The notes under the pieces were generated by a model. The model worked only from the letters and a program-made list of their open reading frames with translations. It had not been told where the DNA came from and did no database searches. This document shows, one piece after another, positions 52,278-60,590 of a stretch of 64,000 nucleotides of DNA. The position numbers were made by a program, and so were the translations under genes. Source of the stretch: an uncultured Gammaproteobacteria bacterium (GTDB lineage: Bacteria; Pseudomonadota; Gammaproteobacteria; DSM-16500); assembly GCA_963711205.1 (NCBI GenBank), contig CAVQDE010000002.1, positions 349,287 through 413,286 on the forward strand, in the 5' to 3' direction. Every line of letters begins with the position of its first letter. Within the stretch, counting starts at the first letter, position 1.

Positions 52278-53241
52278 GATGGGTGATATCCAGCACATTT
52301 TTCAATGTATCTACGCTCATATTAGCTCCACTTAATACGACGACGACATTTTGATTACGAAATGTGCTGGTGTGTTTGAGTAGTGAAGCTAACGCAACAC
52401 CGGCAGCCCCTTCTACTAAAAGGTGCTGGGTATTAAGTAGCATTATTAGAGCTTTTTTTATTTCATCTTCTGACACTAAGATGTAGTCGTCGATTAATTG
52501 TTGGCAAATCTCAAAAGTAATTGTATCAGGAGCGATACCTCCGGCTGTCGCGTCAGAAAGCGAAGGTTTTATTTCTCTATCAATAATTTGGCCTGCTTTG
52601 ACGGATTCGGCCATGATGGGGGAATTCATAGGTAAACAGCCAATCATTTTTACGTGAGGAGACACAGCTTTCAAATAACCTGCAATGCCTGAAATTAATC
52701 CGCCTCCTCCAATGGGAACAAACACGGCATCCACATGATCGAGTTGCTGCGAAATTTCTAAGCCTATGGTTCCTTGTCCACCAATGACCTGCGGATCATT
52801 GTAAGGTGGAATGTAAATGCTGTGATGGTTTTTTGCATAATCGCGAGCATGTAATACGGTTTGCCGTATATCTGTGCCATAAAATTCTAAAGGCACTGCA
52901 TAATTACGGATATTATCTATCTTTGTAGGAGCAGCATTGTTAGGTACGAAAATAATACCGTTGATATTGAGTTTTCTTAAGCCAAAAGCAACGGCAGCAC
53001 CATGATTGCCTGATGAAGCAGCGACAATGCCTTGTTCACATTGAGAGGGAGATAAACTGAGTAATTTATTGATCGCTCCTCGTGCTTTAAATGAACCCGT
53101 ATATTGCAAATTTTCGCATTTCAAATAAACCTGGCAACCAGTAAGGCGGCTGAGCGCAATGGAATAATCAAGAGGAGTTTCACGCACAAAAGAATAAATT
53201 CTGGTTTTCGCCGCTAGTGTTTCACTTTTAATATCTAGCAT
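52252..53241 (-). CDS. PLP-dependent threonine/serine dehydratase
   Basis: LKCENLQ.TGSFKARGA, ASSGNHG, GGGGLISG and LSGAN motifs. Confidence 0.92.
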   Translation of the reverse strand: MLDIKSETLAAKTRIYSFVRETPLDYSIALSRLTGCQVYLKCENLQYTGSFKARGAINKLLSLSPSQCEQGIVAASSGNHGAAVAFGLRKLNINGIIFVPNNAAPTKIDNIRNYAVPLEFYGTDIRQTVLHARDYAKNHHSIYIPPYNDPQVIGGQGTIGLEISQQLDHVDAVFVPIGGGGLISGIAGYLKAVSPHVKMIGCLPMNSPIMAESVKAGQIIDREIKPSLSDATAGGIAPDTITFEICQQLIDDYILVSEDEIKKALIMLLNTQHLLVEGAAGVALASLLKHTSTFRNQNVVVVLSGANMSVDTLKNVLDITHLKKIEETK

Positions 53242-53334
53242 AGTTTGTCCAATGCTTTTTTTTCATCATAACATGGTTGTGATCTCCCTATAGTTTAATG
53301 CCTAGAAGATGTTTATTTTATGAGCATGAAAGAG

Positions 53335-53997
53335 TTAATCGAATAAAAATTTAATGCCTAGGCCCACAACATTAGAACCTGCATTTTTAGCATGATAGAG
53401 ACCATACACGCCTGAACGATGGTGAATACGAACCATCAATTGAAGTCGAGGAAAACAGGGATGAGCAAAAGTGGCTTCAAGCATGAGATAATTTAAAAAT
53501 CGTTTCGTATATTCACCATCTTTTTTTTCAAGAGAAATATAGGAAGTGGCGTAAGAGACACCTTCGCCAATGGCAAGCGACGTGTTGACATATTTATTCC
53601 AAGGAAAATTAACCCACCGGAATGCCAAATAAGGATCAAACTCATAAATGGTGTGATGGATATTATTATCTCGTCGCACGGTGAAATTACCTGTTAATTG
53701 CACCACTCTGACTAAGGGACTCACCAGACGACGGAGAAAATTCTCTTCGCTCAATGTGCGAGCCAGTTCAAGTGATTGTATATGCTCTGGCCAAGAATGG
53801 AATCCAAGTTGTGTGAATCGTAATATTCTGTCAGTACAGCTAATACCATAGTAATAAGCAGCGGCCCAGCGATATCGATCGTAAAGCGTGGGAGCCGGTG
53901 CAGGATTCATCGCAATGGCTGGTTTCATCATAAGAGGAGCGATAAAGATCAAAACAATGAACAAACGAATAGTAATTTTCAGACGCAGTATCATCAT
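53335..53997 (-). CDS. PagL-like outer-membrane beta-barrel (putative lipid A deacylase family)
   Basis: Signal peptide; G.G.SY, FLNYL..E, RIHHRSG (H-x-S) and GSN motifs; C-terminal Phe. Confidence 0.6.
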   Translation of the reverse strand: MMILRLKITIRLFIVLIFIAPLMMKPAIAMNPAPAPTLYDRYRWAAAYYYGISCTDRILRFTQLGFHSWPEHIQSLELARTLSEENFLRRLVSPLVRVVQLTGNFTVRRDNNIHHTIYEFDPYLAFRWVNFPWNKYVNTSLAIGEGVSYATSYISLEKKDGEYTKRFLNYLMLEATFAHPCFPRLQLMVRIHHRSGVYGLYHAKNAGSNVVGLGIKFLFD

Positions 53998-54154
53998 GTT
54001 CCCTAGGTAGTTATATCAATAAAAAATGAATTCTAACGCTCAGTCAGTAATGAGATCAACCAAGGACTGAACCACTTGCGAGGAAACGGTATTCCGAATA
54101 ATCTGTCTACGTTACTAAACACGATCTTGGAATTTTTTTTGAAAGGAAGAAACG

Positions 54155-54661
54155 ATGAAACGATCAGCTATAGCAATTTTCTGTGTTGGATTCGTATTTG
54201 CAAGTGGTTATGCTGCGGCAGAGACTCAAACCATGCCAACCAATCCAGCTCAGCAACAATCATTGGAGTCCAAAAATCAAATGGCAGGACAAACTTTTTT
54301 AGAGACTAATAAAAACAAACCCGGAGTTGTCACTTTACCTGACGGTTTGCAATATAAAATCATAAAGCAAGGCGATGGGTCACAGCCAACAGATAATGAT
54401 ACTGTCACAGTAAATTATTCAGGCGCGTTAATTGACGGTACAGAATTTGATAGCTCGTATAAACGCGGTGAACCTGCGACTTTCCCATTAAATGGAGTCA
54501 TTCCGGGGTGGACTGAAGCGCTCAAACTGATGAAAACAGGCTCAGTATGGGAGCTTTATATTCCTTCGTCGTTGGCTTATGGTGAGCAGGGTGCACCCCC
54601 AGCCATTGGGCCCAATGAAACACTCATATTTAAAGTGGATCTGATTAAGATAAATAAGTAA
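54155..54661 (+). CDS. FKBP-type peptidyl-prolyl isomerase, Mip-like
   Basis: [32 protein letters not shown] and IGPNETLIF motifs; signal peptide. Confidence 0.93.
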   Translation: MKRSAIAIFCVGFVFASGYAAAETQTMPTNPAQQQSLESKNQMAGQTFLETNKNKPGVVTLPDGLQYKIIKQGDGSQPTDNDTVTVNYSGALIDGTEFDSSYKRGEPATFPLNGVIPGWTEALKLMKTGSVWELYIPSSLAYGEQGAPPAIGPNETLIFKVDLIKINK

Positions 54662-54673
54662 TGGTATTCGCGT

Positions 54674-54707
54674 GGGGAAGGCTTGTTCCTGGGGAACAAG
54701 CTTCCCC
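54674..54707. terminator. Hairpin between convergent genes
   Basis: GGGGAAGGCTTGTTCC/GGAACAAGCTTCCCC. Confidence 0.65.
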
Positions 54708-54716
54708 TAACACAGC

Positions 54717-55727
54717 TTATGTTTTTGCAGTTGTTTTATCTTCAACCGTGGTTTCTGTCCATTCACAGACTTCAAGTCCATCAACCAAACGTTCTGTAGG
54801 TAGAAAATTTTCGCGAGATGTAACCGGTTCAATGATTTGTTTTGCAATCAAAATGGAATTAGCTGGAGCATGTTTTTGCATATGCCCCGCAATATCAATT
54901 GTGCGGTCGCTAAATTGTTCGAGTGGTATCGTATCATCGTAATACACAAATCCACCATTGACACCACAGCGGATTTGAAAATCTCTTTTTAAGACTTTTA
55001 CATTTTTATTGAAATACTCTAGACCAGTTAAGATGGATTGCGCAGTTTTTACTGCTTCTTCTATCGTATTAAAACAAGCCATCACACCATCTGGTGTCCA
55101 CGAAGCTTTAATATAACCATGTTCTTTGAATTTAGCTTCTACGAAATTGTGATATTCATTGAAATCATGTTCAATTATGGCGGAATCTTCGTCTTGTTTC
55201 ATGCCTGTAGAATCCACGACATCAATGGCAAGAAAGGCTAGATCCCGACCAATTTTTTCTAATTCTTTTTTGATATTCACAAATTCTTTTAATAATTCTT
55301 GCCGATTTTTACCGGATGCAGCATTAGCTTGTTCCAGTTTGCTTTGTAGTAAAGCAACTTTTTCTTTCGCTTCCGGTGATCGGTAGGATTTTTGAATTTT
55401 TCTAAAATCTAGCATCATTTTTCGTTTTTGATTAACGAAGCGTAGTTTATCACCAATAGCGCGAAGGACATTCATGATAATGATCAGAGCAATTAATGTG
55501 ACGACTCGTGATATATCAAATCCAGCTATTTTTGTGGGTATGTAGTATTTAATGGTTTGATTAATATGTGATTCATAGGCAAGTAGCAATGTAATATGAG
55601 GATACTCTCTAATATTATTAATATAAGGTGTTACCATGGCTAAGATGGTAAGTAAGACAAACAAAAGCAAAACGAAACGAACAAGACCTAGAATCAAGAT
55701 TATGAATTTAGTCAATAAATTAAACAT
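54717..55727 (-). CDS. Membrane-anchored class III nucleotidyl cyclase-like protein with YggT-like N-terminus
   Basis: FLAIDVVDST, TPDGVMACF and IRCGVNGG cyclase motifs; N-terminal TM...IP.KIAGFDIS..V.LI.L resembles YggT. Confidence 0.7.
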   Translation of the reverse strand: MFNLLTKFIILILGLVRFVLLLFVLLTILAMVTPYINNIREYPHITLLLAYESHINQTIKYYIPTKIAGFDISRVVTLIALIIIMNVLRAIGDKLRFVNQKRKMMLDFRKIQKSYRSPEAKEKVALLQSKLEQANAASGKNRQELLKEFVNIKKELEKIGRDLAFLAIDVVDSTGMKQDEDSAIIEHDFNEYHNFVEAKFKEHGYIKASWTPDGVMACFNTIEEAVKTAQSILTGLEYFNKNVKVLKRDFQIRCGVNGGFVYYDDTIPLEQFSDRTIDIAGHMQKHAPANSILIAKQIIEPVTSRENFLPTERLVDGLEVCEWTETTVEDKTTAKT

Positions 55728-55801
55728 AAGTCTCTTCTTTTCAAATTAGGACTACTTAAATTATAGCCTTTAAAATAAAATCTTGCTCGTTGCGTTAGAA
55801 T

Positions 55802-56035
55802 CTATACCCATGACATATTATCCGTAGGACATTGGTAAGGTCCCGGGCAAGGATTAGAAGATTGGATAATTTGATAGTTATCTGTGCAGCTGTATCCGCC
55901 ACACTGAGAACGCCAATCAAAAGTATAACCTCCACAACAAGAACTGCCACAACCCCAACAACCGCCTGTACTGCTACAACCTGATAAACATCCTATACAA
56001 CCAACTGCAATGAGGCTGATGAGTAATTTTTTCAT
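55802..56035 (-). CDS. Small Cys/Gly-rich lipoprotein
   Basis: AAGGAGG RBS; MKK leader; lipobox LSGC; 8 more Cys in the 58-aa mature peptide. Confidence 0.7.
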   Translation of the reverse strand: MKKLLISLIAVGCIGCLSGCSSTGGCWGCGSSCCGGYTFDWRSQCGGYSCTDNYQIIQSSNPCPGPYQCPTDNMSWV

Positions 56036-56136
56036 ATGCAACCCTCCTTGTTAGTTATATTAATATTAAAAAACTGATACCGATTTTCTTTTTATTCAGA
56101 CATTAATTATTTATTTTCACATCACCCCTATCACCT

Positions 56137-56568
56137 TTAATAATCTATGTCCATGTTAGGATCTGCAACTTGATCATCATCGCCGGTGGCTAAATCTGGA
56201 TCATAGTAATAATAATCGTAATAAGAATCCGGATCGTAAGAATCATAATCGTCATTGTAATAATAATAACTGTTTGCAACGGGTGCTTGATAAACACCGC
56301 CGCCACAACAAGAACTGCATGGACAAGCAGGCACAGCGACATGTATGTAACGTATATATCTATGTGCTACCCAGTGAACATGACGATGATGACAGCGATG
56401 GTAATAATGATGTACATAACACGCTCCCGTACAACCCAATGGGACAGCAGGTGCTGGATAGACAAAGTAATATTCAGCGAATGCACTGCATGCGAGCGTT
56501 GTTAAGGCGATTAAGAGAAATGCTTTTATCCATAAATGAACACGACTGATTGTTATTTTTATTTTCAT
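56137..56568 (-). CDS. Secreted Cys/His/Tyr/Asp-rich protein (AEYYFV family, member 2)
   Basis: AGGAG RBS favours ATG 56568; 31-aa leader ending CSAFA, then EYYFVY; His-rich, CPCSSCC and Tyr/Asp-rich blocks. Confidence 0.72.
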   Translation of the reverse strand: MKIKITISRVHLWIKAFLLIALTTLACSAFAEYYFVYPAPAVPLGCTGACYVHHYYHRCHHRHVHWVAHRYIRYIHVAVPACPCSSCCGGGVYQAPVANSYYYYNDDYDSYDPDSYYDYYYYDPDLATGDDDQVADPNMDIDY

Positions 56569-56820
56569 AAGCCTTCTCCTCATTTCGGCTTAATACTATT
56601 TTAACACTAATAAACTAATGAAGATGAAACATCTTTTATTTTGCAAATATAAACAGAGAGTTATTTGATGATCGCTGTCGCGCGAAATGAAATTTCATCC
56701 AGGGAATACTGTTTTTTTATTTTCTTTCTATTTTTGCTTTTCGTTCTGCTTATATTAATTAATAGATTAATCAATTCATATTCGCTACACTGAAATGAAA
56801 TTCTTTGCAAGGAAGCAAAC

Positions 56821-57897
56821 ATGAAAAAAATCATCTTTTTTTTATTTCTACTCAGTAACTTAGCTAGTTTTTCATTTGCAGGAAGCTTTAATCAAATCAT
56901 CTTTTTTGGCGATAGTTTATCGGATAATGGCAATTTATATCAGTTGCTGTTGCATATTCTTCCTAAATCACCCCCTTATTTTAATGGTCGATTTTCTAAT
57001 GGACCCACGTGGGCTGAAGATGTGGGTAAATACTACTACGATAAATCACATTATACTATTGGGTATCAGATATATGCCTGGGGTGGTGCTACAGCGATAT
57101 TTCATTTGCCGACAACAGAATTTATTTCTCCTACCAACCTCGAATTAGAAGTCAATAAATATTTGATTGATTCTCTTTTAAGAGATAGAAGTAAAACACT
57201 TTTTGTCATTTGGATAGGTGGTAATGATTACCTTTTCTATCCTGACGGCGATGCAAATAAAGCGACTCAAAAAGTCGTGGATAAAATTTCTTGGGCCATC
57301 ATGACTTTAAATAATTATGGTGCTAAACGCTTTTTGATCTTAAATTTACCCGATTTATCTAGAGTGCCTTATGCTCAAGGTAGGTCTTCAGCGAATAATT
57401 ATCACATTTTAACAGTCATGCATAATTTGAAATTGGATAATGCTATCAAACAACTCCAAAGTTCCCATCCTGATATCAAACTCTCATTTTTAAATACGTA
57501 TGATTTGCTAAATGATGTCATTGATCATCCTGAAAAATATAATCAGAAATACAATGTTAATTTGACTAACACGACACAAGCCTGTTGGTCAGGTTCATAT
57601 TGGCAAAAAATGGACGTCACGGAAAAATCATTAAGCGAAGAAATACAAGCGGCATTTATTGCTAAAAAACAAGCAATACCTGATGATGTGAATAAGGAAA
57701 CTATTAGTAAGTTCATTATGCAAACGCCATCACTTTCTTATATTTATAAGATGGGTAGAGCCTATGTTCTTGGCGATGTACCTTGTGCAAATGCAAATGA
57801 GTATTTATTTTGGGATTCTATCCATCCAACCGAAGTGACACATAAAATCTTGTCACAGATGGTGGTAGAATCATTAGGTGATCAATTAGATTCGTAG
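56821..57897 (+). CDS. Secreted GDSL lipase/acyltransferase (Legionella PlaA/PlaC-like)
   Basis: FGDSLSDNGN, GRFSNG.TW, WIGGNDY and FWDSIHPT motifs. Confidence 0.92.
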   Translation: MKKIIFFLFLLSNLASFSFAGSFNQIIFFGDSLSDNGNLYQLLLHILPKSPPYFNGRFSNGPTWAEDVGKYYYDKSHYTIGYQIYAWGGATAIFHLPTTEFISPTNLELEVNKYLIDSLLRDRSKTLFVIWIGGNDYLFYPDGDANKATQKVVDKISWAIMTLNNYGAKRFLILNLPDLSRVPYAQGRSSANNYHILTVMHNLKLDNAIKQLQSSHPDIKLSFLNTYDLLNDVIDHPEKYNQKYNVNLTNTTQACWSGSYWQKMDVTEKSLSEEIQAAFIAKKQAIPDDVNKETISKFIMQTPSLSYIYKMGRAYVLGDVPCANANEYLFWDSIHPTEVTHKILSQMVVESLGDQLDS

Positions 57898-57904
57898 GAA
57901 AAGA

Positions 57905-58321
57905 ATGAAAGGAAAAATATTTACTTATCCTGTGCTGATTAAGGAAGTGTATCTAGATACATTTGGACATGTGAATAATGCCATGTATTTGACACTGTTC
58001 GAAGAAGCGCGTTGGGACCTGATCACTAAAAATGGTTATGGAGTTGCAAAAATAAAAGAATCAGGATTAGGTCCCACGATCATGGAAGTCAATATGAAAT
58101 ATTTAAAAGAATTACGACTACGTGAACAGATTGTGATTGAGTCGGAATTAATTTCCTATGAAAGAAAAGTTGGCAAAATACAGCAAAGAATGGTTCGTGC
58201 TGGCGAAATCTGTTGTGCTGCTGATTTTGTTTTTGGCTTATTTGATGTAAGAGAACGTAAGCTAGTGTTGCCTACACCTGAATGGTTAAAGGCAGTTGGA
58301 TATGAGGAGAAATCAACATGA
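57905..58321 (+). CDS. 4HBT/YbgC-like acyl-CoA thioesterase
   Basis: LDTFGHVNNAMYL..FEEAR motif. Confidence 0.9.
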   Translation: MKGKIFTYPVLIKEVYLDTFGHVNNAMYLTLFEEARWDLITKNGYGVAKIKESGLGPTIMEVNMKYLKELRLREQIVIESELISYERKVGKIQQRMVRAGEICCAADFVFGLFDVRERKLVLPTPEWLKAVGYEEKST

Positions 58322-58926
58322 CTAAACAACTGATTAACGCAACCATTTTAAATGCTGTCTTAATGAGTGTGAGCGCGTTAATGCTGGTAGGTTGTTCTAA
58401 TAATCAAATGACGACACAGGAAAGAAGCGGTCCAATGATGGATTTGACCAGTCCCACTCCCCCGGTCGTACTGGCAGCGAGTCAATCTATCGCCGCCAAT
58501 CAATATGAACCTGCCGATCACCGAGTGGTGATGTCTGATTTGAATATGAATAGTCAAGGAAGTCAAATTACCATCAAACCGAGTGAGATGATTCATGCCA
58601 CAGCTCATTATGTTTATGATTGCAAAAGTTGTACACCGGGATTAAATCATCAAATTATTGTCGGTCTTGCGGGAAGAAGTGCGCAAGCCTGTATTTATAA
58701 TGGCGGCATGCAAGGCCAGGGAGCGACTGAATTCGCACTGAAAGTGCCAGCGAAACCCGGTAAATACCAAGTGCGTTTTCGTTCTATCCAAGCCTTAGAT
58801 TGCAATGCAGCTCTACAACAAGGTTGGGATGAAGACACTACACCTACTAAAGAATCGACCATTGGTATGATTATTGTGTCAAGAAAAGCAATGGATGATA
58901 TTCCACCTGCATCCGCTTCGGGTTAA
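58318..58926 (+). CDS. Hypothetical lipoprotein with Ig-like C-terminal domain and CxxC
   Basis: Lipobox LVGC; CKSC; F...VP..PGKY.V pattern. Confidence 0.65.
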   Translation: MTKQLINATILNAVLMSVSALMLVGCSNNQMTTQERSGPMMDLTSPTPPVVLAASQSIAANQYEPADHRVVMSDLNMNSQGSQITIKPSEMIHATAHYVYDCKSCTPGLNHQIIVGLAGRSAQACIYNGGMQGQGATEFALKVPAKPGKYQVRFRSIQALDCNAALQQGWDEDTTPTKESTIGMIIVSRKAMDDIPPASASG

Positions 58927-59042
58927 CCCTACAATTATGCGGAGAATCACCGGATAGACAGGAATAAAAGAATCCGCAAATAATAATTATAAAACTCTCA
59001 TCATTTCCTCCCAGGAATAGTTTGCGAATTCACGGAGTTCTT

Positions 59043-59171
59043 ATGTCAAAAGCAATGATTATTGCGGTGGTCGGTGCTCTCTTAATTTTGTGTGTTGGCG
59101 CTCAAATGGTCTCTTTGAATGAAAGTGAAACGGATAATAATGTCACGCAAAATTATTATTATATGCGCTAG
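59043..59171 (+). CDS. 42-aa small single-TM or secreted peptide, not in ORF track
   Basis: GGAG RBS; MSKAMIIAVVGALLILCVGAQMVSLNESETDNNVTQNYYYMR. Confidence 0.5.
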   Translation: MSKAMIIAVVGALLILCVGAQMVSLNESETDNNVTQNYYYMR

Positions 59172-59205
59172 CAGATAGTGTTTTTATCACCGCAGGGGTA
59201 CCCTG

Positions 59206-60474
59206 ATGAAAAAAATAATCACTATAATTCTTTTTCTATTCACGATAGTGAGTGTGAGTGTGTCGGCTGCTTCACCATCCACAGATGCTGATTCAGCAGC
59301 GGTTGTTAACGGTTTTAATGATTTTACGTTTGATTTATATCATCAAGTGATGCAATTAGATCAAAACATGATTATCTCGCCTTATAGCATTTCATCTTTA
59401 TTGGGTATTTTAGCGGCGGCTAGTGCTGGGAATACGCGAAGTCAATTTGCGCAAATTTTTCATCTGAATCCCAATCAAAACTTCAATAATGTTTTAGCTG
59501 CATTAGATAATATTAATGTCTCGTTAAAGCTATCTGATAACTGTACTAATTGGGTTCATTGTAAATTTAAGCAATGGATGAGATCACTACAGGGAAATGA
59601 GGATACTCAAGATTTTGATGTGGCGAATGCATTATGGGCGGATAAAAAATTTTCTTATAAGCAATCGTTCTTAGATAATCTGGAGAAAAATACATCTATT
59701 CATTTTTATAGAGTCGATTTTACTCATGATTCAGAAAAAATGGTAAATGTCATTAATACATGGGTAGAAGATCACACAAATAATTACATCCAAAATCTTC
59801 TTCCGCCACGCAGTATCGATCCTTCCACTAATCTGATATTAACGAATGCAATTTATTTTAAAGGATTGTGGCAAAAACCATTTAAATCAGAATTAACCAA
59901 TCCAGGTAAATTTACTTTGCAAAATGGTGACAAAATAGACGTGCCGATGATGTATCAAGCGGATGAGTTTCTCTATGCTGAGAATGATATGTTGCAGATG
60001 CTGCAATTGCCTTATAAAACTACTCTGGTGATGGCTGTGTTATTACCTAAACCCAATCATACTATCCAAGAGATTCAGCAGGCTCTCAGTACAAAAGTAT
60101 TTACGCAATTATTACAAAGTGCTGAGCGACGTAGTGTTCAAGTGTCTCTGCCTAAATTTAAATTTGAGTCCACCTTTAATTCATTAAAAGATAACATTCA
60201 AGCGTTGGGATTGATGGATGCATTTGGTCCTAAAGCGAATTTTTCTAATATCACGAATGATCCACTATTTATTTCCACGATTATTCAAAAAGCCATGATC
60301 CAAGTAGATGAAAAAGGGACGGTCGCAGCAGCTGCGACCGGCATCATGATGGTGGGTGCGGCGATGATGAATAATGCTGTATTTAATGCAAATCATCCGT
60401 TTTTATTTATTATCTTTGATGGGCAATCTAATCTGATCTTATTTATGGGACAAGTGACGCATCCTCAAACATAG
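59206..60474 (+). CDS. Secreted serpin
   Basis: N.IISPYSI, IN.WV...T...I, NAIYFKG.W, hinge EKGTVAAAAT and FNANHPFLF motifs. Confidence 0.95.
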   Translation: MKKIITIILFLFTIVSVSVSAASPSTDADSAAVVNGFNDFTFDLYHQVMQLDQNMIISPYSISSLLGILAAASAGNTRSQFAQIFHLNPNQNFNNVLAALDNINVSLKLSDNCTNWVHCKFKQWMRSLQGNEDTQDFDVANALWADKKFSYKQSFLDNLEKNTSIHFYRVDFTHDSEKMVNVINTWVEDHTNNYIQNLLPPRSIDPSTNLILTNAIYFKGLWQKPFKSELTNPGKFTLQNGDKIDVPMMYQADEFLYAENDMLQMLQLPYKTTLVMAVLLPKPNHTIQEIQQALSTKVFTQLLQSAERRSVQVSLPKFKFESTFNSLKDNIQALGLMDAFGPKANFSNITNDPLFISTIIQKAMIQVDEKGTVAAAATGIMMVGAAMMNNAVFNANHPFLFIIFDGQSNLILFMGQVTHPQT

Positions 60475-60521
60475 CAGCTTGATAATCATTCGAAGTTTGT
60501 TCATTATCAAGGAGTTAAGGA

Positions 60522-60554
60522 TTTAATTTTTCATTAAAATGAATGAACTATACT
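60522..60554 (+). promoter_or_regulatory. PmrA-type regulatory element
   Basis: TTTAATTTT-TC-ATTAAAATG-N7-TATACT; same geometry as 46779-46811. Confidence 0.55.
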
Positions 60555-60590
60555 TAAAAGTAATTAAGTAACTGGGCATATGTGTAATTT

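Noticed and set aside
33606-55727. Pycsar/CBASS-like defence system from the cyclase, cNMP-binding protein and cNMP-patatin
   Set aside because: The genes are 17-21 kb apart and not operonic; the cNMP-patatin has the ordinary NTE-like layout.
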